Origin: Candidatus Bipolaricaulota bacterium
GTDB taxonomy: Bacteria; Bipolaricaulota; Bipolaricaulia; Bipolaricaulales; Bipolaricaulaceae
Length of the DNA: 64,000 bases
Direction of reading: 5' to 3'
Assembly: GCA_014360995.1 (NCBI GenBank)
Contig: JACIWL010000003.1
Location: 22,127-86,126, forward strand
The position numbers were made by a program, and so were the translations under genes. Under the pieces are notes generated by a model. It saw only the letters and a list, made by a program, of their open reading frames with translations, made no database searches and was not told the DNA's origin. Below, piece by piece: positions 9,136 to 17,605 of this stretch; within the stretch, counting starts at the first letter, position 1, and each line of letters starts with the position of its first letter.

Positions 9136-10352
9136 GCTTCGGGTACATAGTATCCCGTTTATTGTGTCTGGCTAGCATGGTAGCTCCCTATCTCAATTTC
9201 CGCAAATCCTCGCAACCTCCTTGCCAACAGCCTTTCGTTCAAGCCCGAGAGGACCAGGTACAGAAGCTTCTCCCCCGCTCCTTCATGGACGAAGATTTCC
9301 ACGGCTTTGGTCCACCTTTTCACTTCCTTACAAAGGCGCGAAAGTTGGTATAAAGATACCGCCGAAGCGCAGAAGGATAGTTCAGAAAGGCCAGCAAGGC
9401 CAAAGCCTTCGTTTCCCACTTCTCCCCACCTAGCACGCAACTCTTTCAGCGCTTCTTCGGCTTCCTTCAAGCTCTCCGCCTTGTACACCGCCTGGAGGAG
9501 CTCGGCCACCCCTTGCTGATCCCCCTTCCTCACCTTGTTGAGGCTATCGCGCACGGCGTGAAGAACACAAAGCTGCCACTGGCTTTTGGGAAAGATCTTC
9601 TTGATTGCCTCCTCCAAGCCAGGGAGGTCATCGCTGATAAAGATCCGAACCTTTTCCATCCCACGACGTTGGAGCTCCTTCAGCACTTCTTCCCAGTTTT
9701 CCGCGCTTTCCCCTTCCGCCCCAAACAACCAGAAACCCAAGATCTCCCTTCTTCCATCGGGAAGGATCCCCAAAGCTGGGTACACCGGTTCCTTGGCTGT
9801 TTGGCCCCGCCGGATGTGGAGGAAGGTCCCGTCGAGGTAGATCGCGTAGTATTCTGGGCTCAAAGGCCGTTCCCGCCAGGCCTTGGCCTCTTCTTCCACT
9901 ACCTGGGTCAGGCGGGAGATGCTTTGCGGGGAGTGGAACGCCCCGTAGATCACCTCCAAGAACCGAAAGATGCCGGATACTGGCCTCGGCAGCGTAGAGG
10001 GGAAGATCCCTCGGAAAGCTCCAAGGAAGCCCTTCTTCGCTTAGGGAGGATCGCCGGCCGGAAATCCCTCTCCTGCACCCGGGGTACCCGCAGATCCTCT
10101 ATGGGGCCTTACAGGGTCAGAAGATCCCGGGTGTAGTACCCGTTGGCCTTGGTGGGGCGGTTCTCCATATGGTCCGCTCCCCCACCATCAGCCGCTCCAG
10201 AAGTCCCTTGACCATGGCCTTGATCTCTTCCCAAATTTATCTAGGATGTCCTCGCGGTTTTCTTCCCGCATGGTGGCTTTCCTCCTTTCTGTCTGGGTTT
10301 TCTGGGAAAGCTACCATGCTGCCCCTCAGGCACAACCTGTTACCGAAGCCGG
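9136..10352 (-). mobile_element. Decayed IS256-family insertion sequence (approximate ends)
   Basis: Contains the transposase pseudogene. Short imperfect inverted similarity occurs near 9136 (gacgcttcgggtaca) and 10352 (complement of accggcttcggtaaca). The ends are not firmly defined. Confidence 0.6.
9159..10271 (-). pseudogene. IS256-family (mutator-type) transposase, frameshifted N-terminal third
   Basis: The 266-aa ORF 9159-9959 carries IS256-type blocks (YLDGTF..IRR, LGILPDGRREILGFWL..ESAENW, FISDDLPGLEEAI...WQLCVLHAVRD). The upstream N-terminal part (MREENRED..., NGYYTRDLLTL.GPIEDLRVPR) is spread over at least two other frames. Confidence 0.8.
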
Positions 10353-10595
10353 TAACGGTGCCTCACAATTACGGTTACCCATGGAGCCTCCTTAGCTTTT
10401 GAAGATTTTGTTCGACCCTTCAGCGCAGGGCCAGAGGCCCAGGCCCTTCTCCTTATGAACCTTGAATCCGGGGTCGTACCCGATGAGCTTTCCGATCACA
10501 CCCTCTACTTAAGCCCGCTTGTTTGTTTCCAAAAAGAGATTCGGCGCTGAGCAATGTCCCAAACCCTCAGTCCCTATCCCTGAAGGATGCGGAGG

Positions 10596-10805
10596 GCGGA
10601 CTTGCGGTGGTAGCTGGTGAGGGCCAAAGGCAGGGAGTTAGGGATTGGAGACTAGGGAATAGCAATTCCAAGGGACTTTGGTCGGCAACTTTCCACCAAT
10701 TCCCGTATACTGGCGCGGGTCATCGGTTCCTCCTTTCTTGTTAGGTAACACCCATTTTGAGAAATCGATGACCCTTTCGATAACAATTTCAACGAGGCAA
10801 CTCGG
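10596..10805. repeat. About 210-bp dispersed repeat, copy 2 (partner at 4297-4507)
   Basis: Same sequence block and orientation as copy 1. It ends 45 nt before tRNA-Gln. Confidence 0.8.
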
Positions 10806-10809
10806 CAGG

Positions 10810-10839
10810 TTGACCGCGGTCCTCCTTCCGGGCTAAACT
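10810..10839 (+). promoter_or_regulatory. Candidate sigma70-like promoter for tRNA-Gln
   Basis: TTGACC (10810-10815), an 18-nt spacer, then TAAACT (10834-10839), 10 nt before the tRNA 5' end. By-eye match only. Confidence 0.3.
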
Positions 10840-10849
10840 TCACTGGGCC

Positions 10850-10923
10850 TGGGAGATCGGCTAATGGTAGGCCGGCGGGCTCTGGACCCGCTAGTGGGGG
10901 TTCGAATCCCTCTCTCCCAGCCA
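10850..10923 (+). tRNA. tRNA-Gln (anticodon CUG)
   Basis: Manual fold: acceptor TGGGAGA/TCTCCCA with U1-A72; D arm GGCT-AATGGTA-GGCC; anticodon arm GCGGG-CTCTGGA-CCCGC; T arm GGGGG-TTCGAAT-CCCTC; encoded CCA. Resembles E. coli tRNA-Gln (UGGGG...CCCCAGCCA). Confidence 0.85.
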
Positions 10924-11508
10924 AAGGGAAAGCTCCTCCTCCAAGGGCGCCAGGATAAACGCCGCTTTTTCCTCGGCCAAGTCTGCAAGTTCCGTGCGCG
11001 CTTGCCCCAGCTCCCGACGGAAGTTTTCATCCCGTAGGGAATGGGCGTTGGCGTCCACCGTATAGAGGGCGGAGGTGCACGCGGCCCACGCCAAGCGCGC
11101 CGCGCAGGCGAGGTCGCTTCTTGCGCTCTTTGGGCAAATGGTGAGGAGACGTTCAGCCAGATCCATCAAGGCCAAGGCTTTTTGGGCTGTCTCCAAAGGG
11201 ACCCCGGCGGCGCGCACGAGAGCTTTTTCCAACTCCTCTCCGCCCTTTTTCTGGGCCGCGACCACTTGGGCATAGGCCTCAGCGTCGGCCTCTGCCAGCT
11301 CCAGGAATTTTTGTAAGAACCCCTCGGCGCGGCTCACGGATTCCCCCACTTCCCGGCCGCGCCTTTGGGCCAATGCCGCCACCTTGCGCACCAACGCCGC
11401 GGCCAGGGCCCCGCTCAACGCTGCCGCGGTCCCCCCTCCCGGAACAGGCTCCGTGGAGCCCAACGCCTCAAGGAACTTCTCAATGGAAACGCCCGTCAGC
11501 CCCTTCAT
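10891..11508 (-). CDS. fchA: cyclodeaminase/cyclohydrolase family protein (FTCD C-terminal type; methenyl-THF cyclohydrolase-like)
   Basis: MKGLTGVSIEKFLEALGSTEPVPGGGTAAALSGALAAALV is the FTCD_C signature. ATG 11506-11508 overlaps the folD stop as ATGA. The last 11 codons run antisense through the tRNA-Gln T arm. Confidence 0.8.
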   Translation of the reverse strand: MKGLTGVSIEKFLEALGSTEPVPGGGTAAALSGALAAALVRKVAALAQRRGREVGESVSRAEGFLQKFLELAEADAEAYAQVVAAQKKGGEELEKALVRAAGVPLETAQKALALMDLAERLLTICPKSARSDLACAARLAWAACTSALYTVDANAHSLRDENFRRELGQARTELADLAEEKAAFILAPLEEELSLWLGERDSNPH

Positions 11509-12407
11509 TTTCCATTTCCTCCTTGGTGAATCCGCCGGGCTGCTTCCACCACGTGTTGGAGAAGAAGGGCGGTGGTAACAGGTCCGACCCCACCGGGAAC
11601 AGGGGTCCAGGCCCCCACCACCTCGGCCACCGCCGGATCGGCGTCTCCCACGATTTCTCCGTTTCGTACGGAAATCCCGACGTCCACCACCACCGCGCCC
11701 GGACGGACCATCTCCACCTTTAGGATGCCAGGAGAGCCGGCGGCGAGGCAAATCAGATCAGCCCGACGGGTCACCTGTCCCAAATCCGGGGCGTATCGCT
11801 CGCACACCGTCACTACGGATAGTCCTTCCCGCAGAAGAAGGATGCTTAAAGGAAGCCCGACCCGGCCACCTCCCACCACCACCGCCTCCTTTCCCCGCAG
11901 CGAAAAACCGTAAAAAAGGAGGAGCTCCAGCACGGCCTGGGGCGTCGTGGGGAGGGCGTAGCCCAGCTCGCGTCGCAGATCTGCAAAACCCGCGGAGCCC
12001 GCTCCCTGCCAAAGCAAACGCCCAAGATTCTGGGGATTAACGCCGTCCACATCCTTTTCCGGCGGGATTAAAACGCTCAGGCCCGGCCAGGGGAAGGGCT
12101 CGAGGAGAAGAAGGCCGTGGACTTGGGGATCAGCGCCAACGTCCACGATTAGACTGCGTACGGCCTCCTTGGGCAGGCCTGAATCCAACGGGAAAAGGCC
12201 GATTTCCAAGGGGATTTGATTTGCCGCCCTCTTAAGCGCCGCGCAGTAACGTTCAGCTGAGCTCACCCCTTGCGCGTAGAACACGGCCAGGGTCGGCCGG
12301 ACTCCTTGGGCACACAGCTCCTTGGCTTTAAGCCTTACCTCGGTCAAAATCCTTTTGCTGAGCGGTTTTCCCAAAAGGAGCCGTCCCTTTTCCCTTGCCT
12401 CGGCCAT
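11505..12407 (-). CDS. folD: bifunctional methylene-THF dehydrogenase / methenyl-THF cyclohydrolase
   Basis: 300 aa FolD-like protein, including ...VVVGGGRVGLPLSILLL... (NADP-binding) and PVPGGVGPVTTALLL near the C-terminus. Confidence 0.9.
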   Translation of the reverse strand: MAEAREKGRLLLGKPLSKRILTEVRLKAKELCAQGVRPTLAVFYAQGVSSAERYCAALKRAANQIPLEIGLFPLDSGLPKEAVRSLIVDVGADPQVHGLLLLEPFPWPGLSVLIPPEKDVDGVNPQNLGRLLWQGAGSAGFADLRRELGYALPTTPQAVLELLLFYGFSLRGKEAVVVGGGRVGLPLSILLLREGLSVVTVCERYAPDLGQVTRRADLICLAAGSPGILKVEMVRPGAVVVDVGISVRNGEIVGDADPAVAEVVGAWTPVPGGVGPVTTALLLQHVVEAARRIHQGGNGK

Positions 12408-12447
12408 CGCCGGGCACTATACACTGTCAGCCCTGCGGAGGTGTATC

Positions 12448-14100
12448 TTGGAAATCCGGCGGATTGAGGAGATAGCGCGAAAAATTCACCTTTCCCCTGA
12501 GGAGCTTGAGCTTTATGGGCCTTACAAGGCAAAAGTTTCCCTTTCCGCCCTTGAGCGGAGGAAGGGGTGGCCAAGGGGACGGTATGTGGTGGTGAGTGGG
12601 ATCACCCCTACCCCTTTGGGGGAGGGGAAGACCGTCACGGCCATCGGCCTTTCCCAGGCCTTTTGGCGGATGGGGAAAACCTCCATTGTTTGCTTGAGGC
12701 AGCCCTCGTTGGGACCGGTGTTTGGGGTGAAGGGTGGGGCCACCGGCGGCGGCAAGGCCCAGCTTCTCCCCGTGGACGAGATCAACCTGGGCCTCACCGG
12801 CGATTTTCACGCTGTAACCATGGCCCATAACCTGGCCTGCGCCTTCCTCGATAACCACCTCTACCGCGGCAACGCCTTGAACATAGATCCAGAAAGGATC
12901 TTCATCCGAAGGGTCCTTGACCTTTGTGACCGCTGGGCTCTAAGCGAAGTCCTTCTTGGCTTGCGGGGCTTTCCAAGAAGGAGCGGGTTTGATATCACCC
13001 CCACCTCTGAAGTGATGGCCATCCTCGCCTTGGCCCGTGATCTTTGGGAGTTGCGCCGCCGCCTGGGCCGGATGGTCCTCGCCCTCACCAAAGAGGGGAA
13101 GCCCGTGACCTGCGAGGACCTGCGGGTGGCCGGAGCCATGGCCGCCCTCCTGCGGCAAGCGTTAAAGCCGAATCTCGTTCAAACCGGTGAGGGAACGCCG
13201 GCTTTTGTGCACACCGGGCCATTTGCCAACATCGCCCACGGGAACTCCTCGGTGGTGGCGGACCTCCTGGCCGTAGGTCTTGCGGAATTCGTGGTGACCG
13301 AGGCCGGCTTTGGCTCGGACATCGGCCTTGAGAAATTTGTGCACATCAAGTGCCGGGCTTCGGGCCTTGCCCCGGATTGTGTGGTACTGGTGGCAAGCAT
13401 CCGGGCGTTGAAAGTGCACTCCGGAAAATACGAGGCCAAGCCTGGCCGGCCCCTCGATCCCCGCCTTTTTGATCCCGACCCGGAGGCGGTAGAGGAGGGC
13501 TGTGCCAACCTGGAAAAGCACATGGAAAACGTTCATCTTTTTGGGCTTCCTTGTGTGGTGGCCCTGAACCGGTTCCCCCAAGACGACCCGAAAGAGGTGC
13601 ACGTTGTGCGGAAGTTTGTGGAGGGGAAGGGCGCCCTCTTTGCCGAAAGCCGGGCTTTCGCCGAGGGCGGAGAAGGAGCGCGGGAGCTGGCCGAGGCCGT
13701 GGTAGAGGCAGCCAGTCGTCCCAAGGACATGCGGTTTTTATATGATCTTTCCGAGCCGCTTTCCGTGAAAATCGAGCGTATAGCGAAACTCATGTACGGC
13801 GCGGATGGGGTGGAGTTTTCTGAACTAGCACAGACACGCCTTGAGGAGTTCGCAAGGCTTGGGTGGGGAGAGCTTCCAATTTGCCTGGCGAAAACGCACC
13901 TTTCCCTTTCCCATGACCCAGCCCTCAAGGGCCGGCCGCGGGGCTTCACCCTCCCCGTGCGGGATCTTAGGCCCATGGTAGGCGCCGGTTTTCTTTATGC
14001 CCTTTGCGGAGAGATCTCCACCATGCCCGGACTTCCCACCCATCCGGCCGGCGAGAAGATCGATATCGACGAAAATGGAAACGTGATTGGGCTCGTTTAG
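12448..14100 (+). CDS. fhs: formate--tetrahydrofolate ligase
   Basis: ITPTPLGEGKTVTAIGL, GGGKAQL.P and FANIAHGNSS blocks. Probable TTG start at 12448, 6 nt after GGAGG (MEIRRIEEIARKIHL...). The listed start 12322 would overlap folD. Confidence 0.9.
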   Translation: MEIRRIEEIARKIHLSPEELELYGPYKAKVSLSALERRKGWPRGRYVVVSGITPTPLGEGKTVTAIGLSQAFWRMGKTSIVCLRQPSLGPVFGVKGGATGGGKAQLLPVDEINLGLTGDFHAVTMAHNLACAFLDNHLYRGNALNIDPERIFIRRVLDLCDRWALSEVLLGLRGFPRRSGFDITPTSEVMAILALARDLWELRRRLGRMVLALTKEGKPVTCEDLRVAGAMAALLRQALKPNLVQTGEGTPAFVHTGPFANIAHGNSSVVADLLAVGLAEFVVTEAGFGSDIGLEKFVHIKCRASGLAPDCVVLVASIRALKVHSGKYEAKPGRPLDPRLFDPDPEAVEEGCANLEKHMENVHLFGLPCVVALNRFPQDDPKEVHVVRKFVEGKGALFAESRAFAEGGEGARELAEAVVEAASRPKDMRFLYDLSEPLSVKIERIAKLMYGADGVEFSELAQTRLEEFARLGWGELPICLAKTHLSLSHDPALKGRPRGFTLPVRDLRPMVGAGFLYALCGEISTMPGLPTHPAGEKIDIDENGNVIGLV

Positions 14101-14945
14101 TACATGGTTTGCATGTCCAAAAGCCCGCGGCGCACAGCAATCCGCTCGGCAACCCGAAAGATCCACAAAGAAAGGGCCATTCCTAAAAACGTGGCGCCCG
14201 CGAGGATCAAAAGCAAAGTGGAATCGGAGAAGGGAGAAAGCTCAGCATGCAACCCCTGTCCGAGGAGGGTGCGGCGCAGGGCCTCGAACCAGTACGTGGG
14301 CGGAAGCCAAAGCCCCAAGGCCCGGAAGGGCAAAGGAAGGAGGGAAAGGGGAAAGGCCGTCCCGCAAAGAAGATAGAGCCCCCCAGCCACCACATCCCCC
14401 ACCACCCAACCATGCCGGGCGATGAGGAGGGAGACCCCGGCGAGGAGGATCCCGTAAAAGGCCAAGGCGGCCAAGCCCAAAATCAATGCCGCCGTGAAGA
14501 GCCCGGGATTGACAAGGGAAAGCCTCACCTTAAGGAAGGCGAGGCCAAAAGCGAGGGTGATGAGGACGGAGATGGTAGCCACTGCGGTTTTGGCCATCCC
14601 CCGGCCGAGGAGGTAGCCATAAAGGTGCATGGGCGCCATGTACACGTACTTCAGCATCCCATAATGCTCGCGGTCGTCGATCACCGTCCAGCTTATGCCG
14701 GAAAGGACGTTCACCACGTAGAGATAGAACGTGGTGCCAAGAAACGCTTGGGGGAAAAGGGGGTTTTCAAGGCCCCCTTTGGCTACGAGGAGGTACATGA
14801 AAACAAGGATGAGGACCCCTGCCACGGGTTTGATCACGGAGTAGATGGCAAAAAGGAAAGGCTCGGTCCAGTTGGATTCAATCTGCCAGCCAAGCCAAGT
14901 TCCCGCTTTAAAACCGTGCCAGGCCTCGAAGAGGCGCCGCATCAC
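14097..14945 (-). CDS. ABC-2 type transporter permease
   Basis: 282 aa with six predicted hydrophobic spans. Overlaps the upstream permease stop. Confidence 0.8.
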   Translation of the reverse strand: MMRRLFEAWHGFKAGTWLGWQIESNWTEPFLFAIYSVIKPVAGVLILVFMYLLVAKGGLENPLFPQAFLGTTFYLYVVNVLSGISWTVIDDREHYGMLKYVYMAPMHLYGYLLGRGMAKTAVATISVLITLAFGLAFLKVRLSLVNPGLFTAALILGLAALAFYGILLAGVSLLIARHGWVVGDVVAGGLYLLCGTAFPLSLLPLPFRALGLWLPPTYWFEALRRTLLGQGLHAELSPFSDSTLLLILAGATFLGMALSLWIFRVAERIAVRRGLLDMQTMY

Positions 14946-15766
14946 TGCCCCCTTAGGGTGAGCCTCCCCTCCCGCCGCGCAAGGTCTTCGAAAAAGCGAA
15001 GCCCCTCGCGGGAAAGGAAGAGGAATAAAACGGCGAGGAAGGCGAGGATTCCTAGCTCAACCTCAACGGAGAGGAAGCGAAATTTCTCCATGAGCTGGGG
15101 ATAGAGGAGTTGGCGCATGGCGTCGAGGCCCAAAGTGATGGGGATGAGGGAGGCCACCGCCGCCACCCAGAACCCCAAGGCCCGTACAGGGAAGTAGAAC
15201 CCCGAAAAAAGGTAAACCGGCTCCATGAAAAGCTGAGAGAGGTGCCAGGCCTCGCGCCCCCAAAGGAGAAATACCGAGCTTAAAAGCATGCCAAGGCCAT
15301 AAAGGGAAATGAGGGTGAGGAGGAACACGCCAAAAAAGAGCGCGCCATCGGCCACTTGAAGGGGCACGCGGAAGAGAAGCGTCCCCACCAGGATCACCCC
15401 CGCGGCCCGCACGGTGGTGGCGGTAAGCCCGCCCAGGGCCATCCCCAAAAGGATGGCCATCCGGGAAGTGGGAGCGATGAGGTAAAGCTGGAGGTTCCCC
15501 GTCTCCTTCTCCCAGTAAAGCTGGCTGGCCATGCTCCAAAGGACGTTCATCCAGTAGGCGATCATTGCCCCGCCCAAAACGGCAAACCCCGAGAACTCCA
15601 AAGGAGCGCCGATGGCCCGGTAGATGTAGACATAGGCGGAAACCTGAAGTAAAGGCAGGAAAACGTCGAAGAAAAGCCAGCTTTTCTCCCGCCAAACCCC
15701 GATGAACCGGGGATAAGCCCGGCCCAACACGGTGCGCAAAAATGTCTTCCAACCAGGGTTCGTCAT
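14942..15766 (-). CDS. ABC-2 type transporter permease
   Basis: Start MTNPGWKTFLRTVLGRAYPRF at ATG 15764-15766 overlaps the ATPase stop as ATGA. The 238-codon upstream extension in the listed ORF is an antisense-type artefact. Confidence 0.8.
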   Translation of the reverse strand: MTNPGWKTFLRTVLGRAYPRFIGVWREKSWLFFDVFLPLLQVSAYVYIYRAIGAPLEFSGFAVLGGAMIAYWMNVLWSMASQLYWEKETGNLQLYLIAPTSRMAILLGMALGGLTATTVRAAGVILVGTLLFRVPLQVADGALFFGVFLLTLISLYGLGMLLSSVFLLWGREAWHLSQLFMEPVYLFSGFYFPVRALGFWVAAVASLIPITLGLDAMRQLLYPQLMEKFRFLSVEVELGILAFLAVLFLFLSREGLRFFEDLARREGRLTLRGQ

Positions 15767-16788
15767 GGGCTTTCTTCGCTGAGTTTTCTCCCCACCAAAG
15801 AGAGGAAGACATCCTCCAGTGTAGGCTCCTCCTTTTTGAGCTCCGCAAGGCGCGCTCCCGCCGCGTGCAAGCGGGAAAGGACGGAGACCAACGCCTCCTC
15901 TTCGGAGAGGATGAGATCTACGCTTAAGCGCCCTTCCTCCATATGCTGGGCCAGGGCACGCACCCCCTTCATCCCGTCCAGGAGGTTCTTTGCGTCGGCG
16001 ATCCCCTCCACGTAGAGGCGGAACACGACGTCCCTCTGGAGGGCCTTTTTCAGCTCCGCGGGTGGAGCGCAGGCCAGGATCCTTCCCCGGTCGATGATGG
16101 CCACCCGCTGACAAAGCTCGTCCGCCTCGTGCATGTAGTGGGTGGTGAGGAGGATCGTGCGGTCGGGATGGTCTAAGAGCCACTGGCGCACGAAATCCCG
16201 AATGGTGCGGGCGGTCTGCACATCGAGCCCCAAAGTGGGCTCGTCCAAAAAGAGGATTTTTGGGTCGGTAAGGAAGCCCCGCACGATGTTCATCTTCTGG
16301 CGCATCCCGGAGGAGAGGTGGTAGACTTTGGTGCTGGCGCGGTCGGCCATGCCCACTAAAGAAAGAAGCTCCCGGATGCGGCGGCGGGCCTCCCGGGAGG
16401 GAATCCCGTAGAACTGGGCGAACATCCAGAGGTTTTCCTCCACGGTGAGAAGGCCATAGCCGGAGGTTTCCCCTCCGCACACCATATTGATGTGGCGGCG
16501 GACCTCTGCGGGGTTTTCCACCACATCCGCCCCGGCCACCCAGGCCCGTCCGGAAGTGGGGGCAAGGAGTGTGGCAAGGATCTTGATAAGTGTGGTCTTC
16601 CCCGCGCCGTTTGGTCCAAGAAGTCCAAAGAGCTCACCCCAGCAAACCTCCAGGTTCACCCGATCCAGGGCGAGGATCTCCCGCCGCCCTTCCCGCGCCT
16701 CCCTTTTGCGCAGGCGAAAAACGCGGGTGAGCTCCTCCGTTTTAACCGCGATTTCCCCAAGGAGCATACGGCCCATGAGTGTACCCAA
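15763..16788 (-). CDS. ABC transporter ATP-binding protein (ABC-2/DrrA-like, with C-terminal extension)
   Basis: Walker A GPNGAGKTT, signature LSSGMRQK, Walker B ILFLDEPT. Confidence 0.9.
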   Translation of the reverse strand: MGTLMGRMLLGEIAVKTEELTRVFRLRKREAREGRREILALDRVNLEVCWGELFGLLGPNGAGKTTLIKILATLLAPTSGRAWVAGADVVENPAEVRRHINMVCGGETSGYGLLTVEENLWMFAQFYGIPSREARRRIRELLSLVGMADRASTKVYHLSSGMRQKMNIVRGFLTDPKILFLDEPTLGLDVQTARTIRDFVRQWLLDHPDRTILLTTHYMHEADELCQRVAIIDRGRILACAPPAELKKALQRDVVFRLYVEGIADAKNLLDGMKGVRALAQHMEEGRLSVDLILSEEEALVSVLSRLHAAGARLAELKKEEPTLEDVFLSLVGRKLSEESP

Positions 16789-16841
16789 ACCTTTCCCTCC
16801 TTTTATCGTGCCGCGTAAACTTTTAAGGGAGGTGGTGGCTC

Positions 16842-17051
16842 ATGCGGCTTCCGAGGTTTCTGTTCCGGGTTCACGACGAGGACGTGGAGGAGGAGGCCAG
16901 GCTCATTTGCCGGGTGTTGGGGATTGAAGACGTGGAGATTCGCCTGGACGACACGGTGGCCGAGGCCTGGCTGGAGGACTACGAGGCCAACCGCACTATC
17001 TACGGCCTGGAGAAAATTCGGGAATACTTGGAAAACCTCGTGCGCAGCTGA
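16842..17051 (+). CDS. hypothetical small acidic protein (69 aa)
   Basis: ATG preceded by GGGAGGTGG. No recognisable family. Divergent from the ABC-2 operon. Confidence 0.45.
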   Translation: MRLPRFLFRVHDEDVEEEARLICRVLGIEDVEIRLDDTVAEAWLEDYEANRTIYGLEKIREYLENLVRS

Positions 17052-17063
17052 CCTCGCGGTTGA

Positions 17064-17519
17064 TCATGTTGGACTCAATTTGCTGAATTCGCCGCGCTTG
17101 GTCCGCTCATAAAGATGGTAGTGCTTGATTTCCCGCAGGGGCTTTGTGTCCATATAGCGGTGCTTGGTGGCCACCTCGAACGAGAGGCGGGCCTTCTCAT
17201 CCTGGGAAAACAAAAGCTTTCCCCGCGCGATCACCTCGTGGGCTAAAAGGGGTGGAGCCCCGTGCAAAAGCACCAAGCCCACCCGATCCGTACCCAACGC
17301 TTCCATAAGTTCCACCATCATCCGGGCCTTGTAGCCGTAGGGCTCAGCCTTGTCCAACTTCTGGTACGCCTTTTCCTCCACGAAAAGGGCGATGTCCACG
17401 TCGCTTTGGGGGTGGGTACGTCCGAAAACGGAAGAGCCAAATAGGTGGGCGGCGACGACTTCGGGTCGCTTTTCCAAAACCACTTGCGGTTTTGTCCGTA
17501 TTTCCTCGATGGTGAGCAT
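17064..17519 (-). CDS. nucleotidyltransferase domain protein (MNT/MntA-like)
   Basis: HLFGSSVFGRTHPQSDVDIALFV is the minimal nucleotidyltransferase GS...D.D motif. No HEPN partner gene is adjacent. Confidence 0.75.
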   Translation of the reverse strand: MLTIEEIRTKPQVVLEKRPEVVAAHLFGSSVFGRTHPQSDVDIALFVEEKAYQKLDKAEPYGYKARMMVELMEALGTDRVGLVLLHGAPPLLAHEVIARGKLLFSQDEKARLSFEVATKHRYMDTKPLREIKHYHLYERTKRGEFSKLSPT

Positions 17520-17605
17520 CCCAGCGATTTTATCCCGCTCGGGGCGGACTGGTTTAGCTTTTTTGCTTGCTCATACGGTATACTGGGGATGCGAAAGGGG
17601 GCGTA

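Noticed and set aside
10652-10924. 90-aa minus-strand ORF (MAGREGFEPPLAG...)
   Set aside because: The GFEP peptide is the antisense translation of the tRNA-Gln T arm. The ORF simply runs through the tRNA gene and the repeat.
14942-16480. Long N-terminal extensions in listed ORFs (14942-16480, 1519-2397, 10891-11751, 59335-60459 and 7019-7951)
   Set aside because: In each case homology begins at an internal ATG that forms an ATGA or close junction with the upstream gene. The extension is out-of-frame overlap with that upstream gene and is compositionally aberrant.
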